Part shown: positions 47,734-57,471 of the stretch, in pieces
Numbering within the stretch: the stretch's first letter is position 1
Layout: every line of letters begins with the position of its first letter
DNA from: a virus
Lineage: Duplodnaviria > Caudoviricetes
IMG/VR virus record: IMGVR_UViG_3300030095_006840
Coordinates: 1-64,000 of that record
Reading direction: 5' to 3' (one strand)
DNA: 64,000 nt
Position numbers and translations under genes: made by a program
The notes under the pieces: model-generated
Database searches by the model: none
Told to the model about the DNA's origin: nothing
The model's input: the letters and a program-made list of their open reading frames with translations, nothing else

Positions 47734-48500
47734 AAAATAAAGTTTGGATACTTGGACCATGTGCCATGGAAAGTGAAGAGATGTTTTTACAATCTGCCGA
47801 AAGCATCAACAATGTGATGTCAGATACAGACGAATGGTATATGAAAGCTAGTTTCGACAAGGCTAATCGAACCTCTTTACATGGTGAAAGAGGAATTGGC
47901 TTAAAAGAAGCTGTCCGGATATGGGAAAAGACCAAAGCTAAGTTTCCTCAAATGAAATTTATCACTGATGTTCATGAATGTTGGCAAGTAGAACAACTTT
48001 CAGAAGTTATTGATGTTATTCAGATTCCTGCGTTTCTCTGTCGCCAAACTGATTTAATTGTAGAAAGTGCAAAACATTTCAACAAGATAAATATTAAAAA
48101 AGGTCAATGGCTGGGTCCGAACAATCTTGTTAAGTCTGTTGACAAAGTGAAAGAAACTAACCCCGATTGTGAAGCATGGATTTGTGATCGTGGAACCAAC
48201 TTTGGTTACAATGATTTATTTGTAAACTTTGGAATTGTGGATGAGCTGAAGCAGCATTATGATAGAGTTATTCTTGATTGTACACACTCAATTCAAAGAT
48301 CAAGAGCAATTTATGGCACCCAAGGCGACAGAAAACTTGCCGAAAGATATTTTATTGCGGCAGATATTTTTAATTATGATGGTGTATTTGCCGAAGCCCA
48401 CCCAAACCCTCCTGATGCTGTTTCCGATGGTGATTGCCAACTATTCTTATCCGAGTTAGAAGGTTTGGTTAAAAAAGCTAAGTCTGTTGGAGAGTTGTAG
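47730..48500 (+). CDS. kdsA: KDO8P synthase-like enzyme
   Basis: GPC, KASFDKANRTS, QIPAFLCRQTDL, KKGQW and DCTHS. Confidence 0.9.
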   Translation: MKNKVWILGPCAMESEEMFLQSAESINNVMSDTDEWYMKASFDKANRTSLHGERGIGLKEAVRIWEKTKAKFPQMKFITDVHECWQVEQLSEVIDVIQIPAFLCRQTDLIVESAKHFNKINIKKGQWLGPNNLVKSVDKVKETNPDCEAWICDRGTNFGYNDLFVNFGIVDELKQHYDRVILDCTHSIQRSRAIYGTQGDRKLAERYFIAADIFNYDGVFAEAHPNPPDAVSDGDCQLFLSELEGLVKKAKSVGEL

Positions 48501-49171
48501 TGAAAAAATTGGCTGTCATTCCGGCTCGCGGTGGTTCAACCAGGCTTAAAGATAAAAATATCTATCCATTAGGTGGAAAACCCCTTATTCGATGGACAGC
48601 CGAAGCAGTTGTCAATTCTGGGTGTTTTGATAAGATTTTAATCTCAACAGATAGTGATAAAATATTCGACACAATAAAAGACTTACCCGTCCAGCGCCAT
48701 AATCGTCCCCAAGAACATGCAACCGTAAGGGCGACCGCTTTAAATGCGATGATTAATTTGATGGAATCACAAGAAGAGGAATATGATATTTTTTCATATT
48801 TTTTACCGACTTGCCCATTTGTTGATGCTTCTGACATTCGATTGGGGATCGAAAAGTTAGATAATAAAACAGACGCAGTTGTAAGTATGACAGAAATCCC
48901 CGAAACAATCCAGCTCGCTTGTGTTATGAAAAACGATATGGTTGTCCCTATTTTTGACAATCTCACATCCGGCCTCACAAATAGCAAGTTTATACAGAAA
49001 TACCACAAACCCTCTGGTGCATTTTATATGGGTTGGTGGGACAAAATTATACAAAACAAGAACTTTTTTAAAGGTGATGTAAAAGGTATTATAATTCCAA
49101 AAGAGCGTTCGGTGGATATTAACGATATTAGTGATATGGAATATGCTGAGAGCATTTTAAAAGGGGTGTAG
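48500..49171 (+). CDS. acylneuraminate cytidylyltransferase (NeuA/PseF-like)
   Basis: IPARGGSTRLKDKNI...GKPLI, STDS, PTCPF and SVDIND. Confidence 0.85.
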   Translation: MKKLAVIPARGGSTRLKDKNIYPLGGKPLIRWTAEAVVNSGCFDKILISTDSDKIFDTIKDLPVQRHNRPQEHATVRATALNAMINLMESQEEEYDIFSYFLPTCPFVDASDIRLGIEKLDNKTDAVVSMTEIPETIQLACVMKNDMVVPIFDNLTSGLTNSKFIQKYHKPSGAFYMGWWDKIIQNKNFFKGDVKGIIIPKERSVDINDISDMEYAESILKGV

Positions 49172-49252
49172 TGTCTACTTCCAAGAATCCTCAATCTCAC
49201 CACCTTCTTCCTCAAAGGATCAGGGGTCAATCTGGGTTGAGACAATAAAGAT

Positions 49253-49918
49253 ATGATTTTTGAGAATAACATTAAAAAGGCTTGCGCCACCTTAAAAGAG
49301 GAAGGTCTTTATCTCTTTAAAACACCAGTTTATTCTGTAGGTGAACTTGAAGAAGTGATTGAAATTCAAGAACAAAGTTTTAGACCGAATGACAACTCTT
49401 ATGAATTTGGACGAGCTTCAAGAATCGGGTCAAGAGAAAAGTGGTTTAACACTCCGATTTATTCCCTTTTTAATCACCCAGTTGTACATCATATAAGTGA
49501 TGATTTTTACAGTTGCAAACCTTCTTTTAATGAAATTTTTTGCACTCATGATTATCAATCTAACCGAGGTTTGGCAAGGAACGGGTATTTACATTTTGAT
49601 AGAATACCAACATTAAAATTTTTTGTATATCTGACTGACTGTGATGAAACTTCTGGACCTTTTCGATATGTTCCAAACAGTTATAAGCTAGGAAAAGAAT
49701 TAAGAATCAAGGCCAACAATCAGACAAATCTTTATGAAAGTGTTCCCAACCGATTAGAGCTAGATTATCCTGAATTAGAATACAGTGCAGAGGATACAAT
49801 CCCCCTTGTTGGACCGGCAGGGACCATGTTTGTGTTTCATAGTGATTTATTTCATATGGGTGGAATTATTTCGCCATCAAAATCACGTAGAGTAATGAGA
49901 CTGCATTTGAGGTTATAA
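49253..49918 (+). CDS. PhyH-like Fe(II)/2OG dioxygenase
   Basis: LHFD, GPFRYVPNS and GT..VF...FHMG...RR. Confidence 0.8.
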   Translation: MIFENNIKKACATLKEEGLYLFKTPVYSVGELEEVIEIQEQSFRPNDNSYEFGRASRIGSREKWFNTPIYSLFNHPVVHHISDDFYSCKPSFNEIFCTHDYQSNRGLARNGYLHFDRIPTLKFFVYLTDCDETSGPFRYVPNSYKLGKELRIKANNQTNLYESVPNRLELDYPELEYSAEDTIPLVGPAGTMFVFHSDLFHMGGIISPSKSRRVMRLHLRL

Positions 49919-49919
49919 A

Positions 49920-50639
49920 ATGGTATATGGTGTTAATTTAGGTTCTGGTGATGGTTGGAGTCATCCTGGTTGGCAAGGTTTAGATACGATAAACGGTCTT
50001 TTTTTAGACGAAAATTCTATTTTACCTTTTGAAGACGAACAATTGTCTTGTGCTTTTTCTGCTCATTTTTTTGAGCACATATCTAACGAAGTATCGGAAC
50101 AGTTGTTTCGAGAAATATTCCGAATCCTTAAGTCAGGCTCTTCGTTTCGAATTATTGTTCCTCATGTAGAACTGATGTTAGAAAAGTATAAAAATAATGA
50201 TGTTAATTTTTTTACACAAACGATAGGTTTTAGCGGAAGACCAGAGTGGAAGAGTCAAGGAGTAGAAACTTCATTTACCAATATTTTTCTTCATTGGATT
50301 GCAAATTATGATGAGCTTGATGAAGAGAGATTGGTCTATAGAGGCCCACCAAAATTTCTCCCAACTAATGACGTTCGTCAGAAAGCAGAATTATGTGACG
50401 TAGGAGATTTTTGCGATTGGGTTATTAATTTTATACCCGAAGAAAACAATATTCAGACTCAACATATAAACTGGTGGACATTTAAGAAGTTTAAAAAACT
50501 TTTGAAAAAAGCAGGGTTTGCTAAGGTAGTTGAGTCAAGTCATATGAATTCAAGTATATCAGACGTTTTAACAACTCAAAAATTTGACAACTGGAAAGAT
50601 CGTAGTAATTTTAGTTTATATGTGGAGGCAACAAAGTAA
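49920..50639 (+). CDS. class I SAM methyltransferase
   Basis: NLGSG, LPF and HFFEH...RILK...RIIVP. Confidence 0.8.
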   Translation: MVYGVNLGSGDGWSHPGWQGLDTINGLFLDENSILPFEDEQLSCAFSAHFFEHISNEVSEQLFREIFRILKSGSSFRIIVPHVELMLEKYKNNDVNFFTQTIGFSGRPEWKSQGVETSFTNIFLHWIANYDELDEERLVYRGPPKFLPTNDVRQKAELCDVGDFCDWVINFIPEENNIQTQHINWWTFKKFKKLLKKAGFAKVVESSHMNSSISDVLTTQKFDNWKDRSNFSLYVEATK

Positions 50640-50640
50640 A

Positions 50641-51429
50641 ATGAAACTTGCTATTTGCTTATATGGCAACCTAGGGCATCACCTAGATCCTTCTCTAAGG
50701 AAAGAAAAAACACTAGTTGATGAATCTCGTAATGCTAATAAAGATTTTAACAACTCTTTAAACAATCTTAATAGGTTGTTTGTGAAAAATTATGATGTGG
50801 ACATTTTTATCCATTCTTGGTCTGAGTCCCAAAAAGATAAGATTCTTGAAGCGTACAAGCCTAAGTCACATATTATCGAGGAGCAAATAGTTTTTGAAAG
50901 AACACTAGAAGAATATGGGATCGTAGGTGACGATATTAAAGAATGGGACATAAGTCAGGCAGCAAAAATTGGATATGAATTATTACTACCAAGTCGAAAA
51001 TCAGTATCAGCTATTAAAGAAGAGATGTCTAAGGAGATTTTCAGAACTCACAGTCGGTGGTATAGTACCCAACAATCTATTAAATTAAAAAAAGAATATG
51101 AAGAAGAAAATGGCTTTGTGTACGATTTTGTTTTAGCCACCAGGTTTGATAATGTTTTTTATAAATTTCCTAAACTGGAACAGATGCCAACTGACAAGTT
51201 TTATGCATCCCCAAGAACCGGTCGCCCAGACATAGAATTGGCATTTTTTGATTATTGGTTTATGTCAAATTCACAAAATATGAATAAATTTGGTGATTTA
51301 TACAATAATATTACTGATTACTGTATTAGACCAACTTTTTCTTGCCGTGAACACGTAAATAAAGTTATTGGAAATGAAAATGTTTTGATGTGGGGCGAAC
51401 ATCACCAAGATTATTCCCTGGAAAGATAG
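50641..51429 (+). CDS. glycosyltransferase-like protein (KxAxCxxG N-terminal family)
   Basis: MKLAICLYG, DIFIHSW and YDFVLATRFD; GGAGG RBS. Confidence 0.6.
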   Translation: MKLAICLYGNLGHHLDPSLRKEKTLVDESRNANKDFNNSLNNLNRLFVKNYDVDIFIHSWSESQKDKILEAYKPKSHIIEEQIVFERTLEEYGIVGDDIKEWDISQAAKIGYELLLPSRKSVSAIKEEMSKEIFRTHSRWYSTQQSIKLKKEYEEENGFVYDFVLATRFDNVFYKFPKLEQMPTDKFYASPRTGRPDIELAFFDYWFMSNSQNMNKFGDLYNNITDYCIRPTFSCREHVNKVIGNENVLMWGEHHQDYSLER

Positions 51430-52257
51430 ATGAGTAGCGATAAGATATTAAATTCTTATAGAACAAACGGTTTTTATATATGGAAATCTTTTTATGACTC
51501 AGAATATTGTATAGAGTTAAAAAAATACCTTTCTTTTCTACCTGCCAAACTCACTATTCCCTACACTAATATTCCATGGGGGTATGGTAATCTCCTGCGC
51601 CAAGGACCATTCAAGAACATAACAGAAGACGCAAGGATAAACCAGATATGTAAAGATGTTTTTTCCGATTCATATATTTTCAACCATTTATATGTTCACA
51701 ACAAGGTTAAGTGGATCGGCAAGGGAATAGAGTGGCATCAAGAGTTGTTTAACATTGATACATATGCTCCCGGATATGATTCTGAAAAAGACTGGGAGAA
51801 GTTTATTCAATTTTATGTTCCACTTGACCATCAGAATTTAAAAAATGGTTGCATCAAGGTTTTTCCTGGTTCACATAAATTGGGAATTTTAGACCACGAA
51901 GATGTGATGGATGAAAATTTTGGACACAAAAGAAGAGTAACCTATGAGGTAATGAATCAACTTCAGGAAAAATGTGGTGTAAAAAATTGTATCTTAAATC
52001 CTGGAGATTTATTAATTTTTAACCACCGGTTGGTTCATGGCTCTCCATCAAACAACTCACCTTACGATAGAAAAGCAATTGTTTTGCAAGCGAGAGAAGA
52101 CTCAATTGTTAAAAATGATGAAGTTTTTCAAAAAGAAAAAAAATATCGTCGCAATTTTGTTCTTGAGGGGTTAAACAATAAGTTGAAAGAAATGAACTCA
52201 CAAGATTTATATAATGATTTTAAAGTAAAGAAGAGAAAAGAAGATGAAGATAAATAA
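51430..52257 (+). CDS. PhyH-like Fe(II)/2OG dioxygenase
   Basis: WHQE, NGCIKVFPGSHK and PGDLLIF...VHGS..N...R. Confidence 0.85.
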   Translation: MSSDKILNSYRTNGFYIWKSFYDSEYCIELKKYLSFLPAKLTIPYTNIPWGYGNLLRQGPFKNITEDARINQICKDVFSDSYIFNHLYVHNKVKWIGKGIEWHQELFNIDTYAPGYDSEKDWEKFIQFYVPLDHQNLKNGCIKVFPGSHKLGILDHEDVMDENFGHKRRVTYEVMNQLQEKCGVKNCILNPGDLLIFNHRLVHGSPSNNSPYDRKAIVLQAREDSIVKNDEVFQKEKKYRRNFVLEGLNNKLKEMNSQDLYNDFKVKKRKEDEDK

Positions 52258-53362
52258 CTGGATCTCAAACGTTGTTCGTATGCAAATATCTCGCTCTAGC
52301 CGAGAACCTAACAAGCGTTACGATTGCGCTGAAAGAACTTTAAATTTTGAACAAAAACTTTATGATGAATTTTTAAAAAGTTTAACACAAGAAGACTTTA
52401 TAACTTATCCCTCATACAAACAATACTGGGATATAAAAGAACGTATTGCCGATTTACACAACGAGTATGATGGGTCTAATTTTTCACGCGAAAATGTCTA
52501 TATTGATGCAGGCTCTGATGCTTGTATCAAGTCACTTATTCAAATAACTTGTCAAGAAGGCTCCGAAATAGTATCTTCTTTCCCCTGCTTCCCAATGTAT
52601 TTTGTTTATGGAGAAACCTTTGGGGCCAAATTTACACCTGTTAAGTATGATGAGAACTTAAATTTTGAGTTAGAATCGATTATGGAGTCCATATCTCCTG
52701 AAACCAGGCTTGTTATTCTCACTAACCCCAACAGTCCTTATGGAGACTATAGAACACCTGCTGATATTGAAAAATTGTGTAAATATACACAAGATAAAAA
52801 ATTAATTCTTTTAATTGATGAAGCTTATGCTGATTTTGCACCTGATAATTGTGTTAAATTAGTGCAAAAATATGACAATGTTGTGGTTTCGAGAACCTTC
52901 TCGAAAGGTTGGGGAGGAGCAGGAACCCGAGTGGGCTATTTGTTGGGAAATAAAAATTTGATTGAGAATGTATCAAAAGTTGGACTCACTTATCCCATCA
53001 CCGGACCCTCTTTAAAATTTGTCAATTTTCTACTCGACAATACCACAGATATTAAAGATTATATAAGTAAAACTATTGTCGAACGAAATAATTTGTGCGA
53101 TGCTCTTGAAGTTGCGAATTTTGATGTTGTTAGGTCACACACGAATACTATACATTTTCACGAGAAAAGTGGGGACAACACAAAATCAATCGAAATCTTG
53201 CAGAAACACGGCATATCCTTCAAGTGTGGTCAACAAAAAACAGGCACCGCAGTTAGAGTTCCAGGCGATAAACGTGAAACCTGGATTAGATTATCGATTG
53301 GGCCGAATATGCTTGAGAGTGAATTTGTCAAAGATTTACTACACCAAAGAGGGATGAAGTGA
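52244..53362 (+). CDS. PLP aminotransferase/decarboxylase (HisC/CobD-like)
   Basis: NPNSPYG, IDEAY and SRTFSK.WG..G.RVGY. Confidence 0.85.
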   Translation: MKINNWISNVVRMQISRSSREPNKRYDCAERTLNFEQKLYDEFLKSLTQEDFITYPSYKQYWDIKERIADLHNEYDGSNFSRENVYIDAGSDACIKSLIQITCQEGSEIVSSFPCFPMYFVYGETFGAKFTPVKYDENLNFELESIMESISPETRLVILTNPNSPYGDYRTPADIEKLCKYTQDKKLILLIDEAYADFAPDNCVKLVQKYDNVVVSRTFSKGWGGAGTRVGYLLGNKNLIENVSKVGLTYPITGPSLKFVNFLLDNTTDIKDYISKTIVERNNLCDALEVANFDVVRSHTNTIHFHEKSGDNTKSIEILQKHGISFKCGQQKTGTAVRVPGDKRETWIRLSIGPNMLESEFVKDLLHQRGMK

Positions 53363-53472
53363 ATAAGCTTAAAATTGCTCTCTGTTTGTCAGGGGAATTG
53401 AGAGGGTGGCAGATTTGTTGCGAAGGTATATTTAAATATTTAGAGAATACTATCCCCTCAAATAAAACTTAA
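53359..53472 (+). pseudogene. truncated remnant of a glycosyltransferase-like gene
   Basis: (M)NKLKIALCLSGELRGW...* (37 aa); same N-terminal type as 50641 but ends early. Confidence 0.55.
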
Positions 53473-53489
53473 AAAGGAACAAATATTTG

Positions 53490-53855
53490 ATGAGAAAAAA
53501 TTTACCAAAAACTATTTTTTGTGATATTGATGGAACCCTCATAAAGCATGAGCCTCCCCATATGAGCTGCCAGGATGATTATTCCCCACAACTTTTAGAG
53601 GGTACTTTGGAAAAAATAAAAGAATGGGACCAAAAAGGGTATAGAATAATTTTAACAACCGGTCGCCGTGAAAGCTCAAGGAAAATGACCGAAAAACACA
53701 TCAATTCTTTAGGTATTATTTATGATTATTTGATTATGGGAATTGGTGGTGGTGATAGGGTAGTTATAAACGACAGAAAACCAGATTCTGAACGAGATAC
53801 ATGTTATGCCATTAATCTAACTCGTAATGTAGGGATAAAAGACGTAGACATCTAA
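53490..53855 (+). CDS. HAD-family phosphatase
   Basis: DIDGT, TTGR and INDRK motifs. Confidence 0.85.
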   Translation: MRKNLPKTIFCDIDGTLIKHEPPHMSCQDDYSPQLLEGTLEKIKEWDQKGYRIILTTGRRESSRKMTEKHINSLGIIYDYLIMGIGGGDRVVINDRKPDSERDTCYAINLTRNVGIKDVDI

Positions 53856-53877
53856 TTATGGTTAGGGGTAATTTAGT

Positions 53878-54528
53878 ATGGCTTGGGTTAAACAATTAAA
53901 AGAATTTTTATCTCACAAAGATAATGAAAAGTATGATATTTTTATTGAAACAGGGTTTTTGAAGGGTCAAACCCTACATAATGCGTCGAAGTTGAAACGT
54001 GAAACAGGAGACGAAACAGGAGAGTATGTATTCAAAAAACTTTACTCTCTTGAACTTCATGAAGAATATTTTACAGAAGCCTTATCTTTACAACGCCCAA
54101 ATATAAAAGCACTTGTAGAATCGGGACGAGCAATATTAGTTCCCGGCGATTCCGCAGTCACTATGCCACAAGTGTTAGAAAATATAACAGACCCATCAAT
54201 GTTCTACCTGGATGCCCACGGACATAATGATGTTGGGCAAGAAGTGCCAAACAATCCCCTTTTTAAAGAACTGGAAGCAATTGCCGCTCATCATATCAAG
54301 GGGCACTTAATCGTCATAGATGATGTGGGTTTTATTGAACATGCAGTGGAGAACCCAGACAGGGCACCGTGGGCTACTTTAACGGGTGGAATTGATAAAC
54401 TGAAAGAGTATATTGAACATGTTTTCGGCAAACCTATTAAGTTTGAAAAAATAATGTACCCCTCCAGAAATGAGTATTCTCCCTTACCGGGAGTAAAAAC
54501 AAATTATTTTTTAACTTTTAAATCTTAA
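53878..54528 (+). CDS. methyltransferase-fold protein
   Basis: FIETG, GDS, FYLDAH and IVIDD motifs. Confidence 0.65.
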   Translation: MAWVKQLKEFLSHKDNEKYDIFIETGFLKGQTLHNASKLKRETGDETGEYVFKKLYSLELHEEYFTEALSLQRPNIKALVESGRAILVPGDSAVTMPQVLENITDPSMFYLDAHGHNDVGQEVPNNPLFKELEAIAAHHIKGHLIVIDDVGFIEHAVENPDRAPWATLTGGIDKLKEYIEHVFGKPIKFEKIMYPSRNEYSPLPGVKTNYFLTFKS

Positions 54529-54556
54529 AAATTTCGTGCTATAATCACTTAAAAGG

Positions 54557-54928
54557 GTGATAAAAATGTTAAACGATAAATCTAGAGGTGAAGAACGACC
54601 TTGGGGAAGATACGATAATCTTTACGAAGATGACAACTGTAAGGTTAAAAAAATAACCATTAAACCGCACCAAAACCCCTCATACCAGATGCATTTTAAA
54701 AGGAGTGAAGTGTGGGTTGTAATCTCTGGAACAGGTCAATTACGACTGAACGATGTTTACACTGATCTCACCCCTGGTTCTGTGGCCAACATTCCTTTAC
54801 AAGCCAAACATACAATTATCAATACTGGTGATGAAAACTTGGTCTTTATAGAGGTCCAAACCGGAACTTATTTTGGCGAAGATGACATTGTGAGATTAGA
54901 AGATAAATATGGCAGACAAGACCCATAA
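54557..54928 (+). CDS. cupin (type II phosphomannose-isomerase C-terminal-like)
   Basis: RPWG, SYQMHFKRSEVW and IEVQTG.YFGEDDIVRLEDKYGR. Confidence 0.88.
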   Translation: MIKMLNDKSRGEERPWGRYDNLYEDDNCKVKKITIKPHQNPSYQMHFKRSEVWVVISGTGQLRLNDVYTDLTPGSVANIPLQAKHTIINTGDENLVFIEVQTGTYFGEDDIVRLEDKYGRQDP

Positions 54929-56468
54929 AGTTCTTGTAACAACAAGTGGCCTCGGCAGCCGATTAGGGAACTTAACAACATATACTAACAAATCTTTGGT
55001 AAGAGTGGGTGCAAAGCCAGCCATTTCGTATATTATAGAACAATACCCTGAAAATACCGAATTCGTGGTGACACTAGGTCACTTTGGAGAACACGTTCGT
55101 GGCCTACTGGAGCTTTTATACCCCTCTCGAAACATAGCTTATGTTGAAGTAGAAAAGTATGCGGGAGAAGGGAGCAGCCTCGGTTGGTCAATGTTGTGCA
55201 CCCAAGAACACTTACAGTGTCCATTTATTTTTCATACTTGTGATTCTATCTTGCAAAACAATCCCCCACCTCCTGAAGAAAATTGGATTGGAGTCAGCAA
55301 TGTCAAAGACTCATTTCAATATCGTACCGTCAAAGTTTTGAATAATCAGGTGGTTTCTTTTCAAGAAAAGGGTGAGATAAATTACGATTATGCTTATATA
55401 GGTGTTTGCGGAATAAAAGATTATAAACCTTTTTGGGATAATTTACAAAAAGTATATGATTCAAACCCCAACAATTCATCCCTTTCAGATTGTCATGCGC
55501 TTCAGAAAATGATTACTAGTGGTATTAAGTTTGGGTTTGTTGAATGTGATTGGCATGACATCGGAAACATAAACGACTTGCGCAAAACTAGAGAAAATAT
55601 TGGTGAAGACATTTGCGTCCTAGATAAAGAGGAGGAAAATACATACATCTTTAATGATTCGGTGGTAAAATTTTTTTATGACCCTGAAAAAGTCACGCAA
55701 AGAGTTTCACGAGCAAACCTACTTAACCCCTTAACTCCCAATATATTGGGATCTTGTGATAATTTTTATCGCTATGAATTTGTTGAAGGAAAAACATTTT
55801 CCGAAAATACTAAGTTAAGTGTATTTAAGCAGTTTTTAGATTGGTCATCTTTACAACTATGGAAAATGAATGGGGAAAACATTAGGGATTTGTGTGAAAA
55901 ATTTTATTTTGACAAGACCGAGAGTCGAATTAATCAATTTCTTAATTCGTATGAAGAATCTCATTTACCCATTAATGGGTTAGATTGTCCACCAGTTCTA
56001 GAGCAGGTTAAAAAAATAGATAAAGAGTGGATGTGTGATGGGCTTTCAAGTTACTTTCACGGAGATTTTATATTAGACAATATAATTTGTGATGTAGATC
56101 AATTTAAATTAATTGATTGGAGACACAACTTTGGAGATAATGCACTAGAGTACGGCGATCTATATTATGACCTATCTAAATTAAACCATAGCTTAAGCTT
56201 TAATCATAGTCTTGTGAATCAAGAATGTTATACCATTGATTTTAGTGATGATAATATCACTGTAGATATTTTGAGAAAAAATACGCTAGTGGAATTCCAG
56301 AGAGCATTTGAAAATTTTGTTAGACAGAATGGTTGGGATCTGAAAAAGATTAAAGTTTTAACATCTTTAATTTGGATAAACATGAGTCCGTTGCATGAAT
56401 ATCCATTAAATATTTTTCTCTTTTATTTTGGAAAATACAATTTATGGAGAAGTATTAATGAACAATAA
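54909..56468 (+). CDS. nucleotidyltransferase fused to a choline/aminoglycoside-kinase-like domain
   Basis: SGLGSRL...NKSL (N-terminal); HGDF..DN...LIDW (kinase). Confidence 0.8.
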   Translation: MADKTHKVLVTTSGLGSRLGNLTTYTNKSLVRVGAKPAISYIIEQYPENTEFVVTLGHFGEHVRGLLELLYPSRNIAYVEVEKYAGEGSSLGWSMLCTQEHLQCPFIFHTCDSILQNNPPPPEENWIGVSNVKDSFQYRTVKVLNNQVVSFQEKGEINYDYAYIGVCGIKDYKPFWDNLQKVYDSNPNNSSLSDCHALQKMITSGIKFGFVECDWHDIGNINDLRKTRENIGEDICVLDKEEENTYIFNDSVVKFFYDPEKVTQRVSRANLLNPLTPNILGSCDNFYRYEFVEGKTFSENTKLSVFKQFLDWSSLQLWKMNGENIRDLCEKFYFDKTESRINQFLNSYEESHLPINGLDCPPVLEQVKKIDKEWMCDGLSSYFHGDFILDNIICDVDQFKLIDWRHNFGDNALEYGDLYYDLSKLNHSLSFNHSLVNQECYTIDFSDDNITVDILRKNTLVEFQRAFENFVRQNGWDLKKIKVLTSLIWINMSPLHEYPLNIFLFYFGKYNLWRSINEQ

Positions 56469-57471
56469 ATTACCTAAAATTTATTTCGGACCTATGACAA
56501 AAAACATTGTAGATGTTCTATTGAAATATTCTATCGATCAAAATGCCGCTATTGGTTTTATCCCTTCTCGCCGCCAAGTTGAGCATGATGGTGGATATGT
56601 GAACAGTTGGAAGACTAAAGATTTTTATGAGTATGTAAAGAAAATAAATTCAAATGCGCTGGTGTGCAGAGATCATGGCGGAAGAAGCCAGGGCAAAACA
56701 CTTGATGACGGTAAGGTTTCCTTTCAAGAAGACGCCAAAACTGGCTTTGACATTATACACATAGATCCATGGAAAAACTTTACGTCGCTAGATGAAGTGG
56801 CAGAAACTACATGTGACAACATTGAACGTTGCTTGTCTATTAACCCAAATCTTAGATTTGAAATCGGAACAGAAGAGGCCATCCACCCCTACACACCAGA
56901 AGAGCTAGATTACTTTTTATATAAAACACAAAACCAACTCGGAGATAAATTTGAAAAAGTTTTATATGCGGTGGTTCAATTTGGCACAGCGATTGTTGGA
57001 ACAAAGAACGTAGGTGTGTTTAATCGTCATCGCTCAAAACAAATGATAGATGTTTGTAAGAAGTATAAGGTTCTCTCAAAGGAGCATAATGGTGATTATT
57101 TAACCAAAGCAGAGATCGAAGATAGGTTCAACATTGGTTTGGATGCCATAAATATAGCACCTGAATTTGGCGTACTGGAAACCTCTACTGTAATTGAACA
57201 CATGCTAGACAATATGGATTTTGAAAATTTAGATAAATTTTTTGAAGTTTGTTACGAAAGTAAAAAGTGGGTGAAATGGATTCCACCAGAAGTTGCGTCT
57301 CTGGAAACATCGCTAGTCTCTTTATTTATCGCCAGGGTATGTGGTCATTACGTCATGAATAGTCCATTTGTTTTAGATTATAAGGCGAAAAATCCAAAAC
57401 TTGACACTTTGATCCAAGAAAGCCTGCGTGTAAAAATATCTGACACCATGTCTTTGTGTAAAAACCAATGA
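56458..57471 (+). CDS. GatZ/KbaZ-like sugar-phosphate aldolase or epimerase
   Basis: RDHGG, IHIDP, EIGTE, KEHNGDY and NIAPEFG; GGAG RBS before ATG 56458. Confidence 0.7.
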   Translation: MNNKLPKIYFGPMTKNIVDVLLKYSIDQNAAIGFIPSRRQVEHDGGYVNSWKTKDFYEYVKKINSNALVCRDHGGRSQGKTLDDGKVSFQEDAKTGFDIIHIDPWKNFTSLDEVAETTCDNIERCLSINPNLRFEIGTEEAIHPYTPEELDYFLYKTQNQLGDKFEKVLYAVVQFGTAIVGTKNVGVFNRHRSKQMIDVCKKYKVLSKEHNGDYLTKAEIEDRFNIGLDAINIAPEFGVLETSTVIEHMLDNMDFENLDKFFEVCYESKKWVKWIPPEVASLETSLVSLFIARVCGHYVMNSPFVLDYKAKNPKLDTLIQESLRVKISDTMSLCKNQ

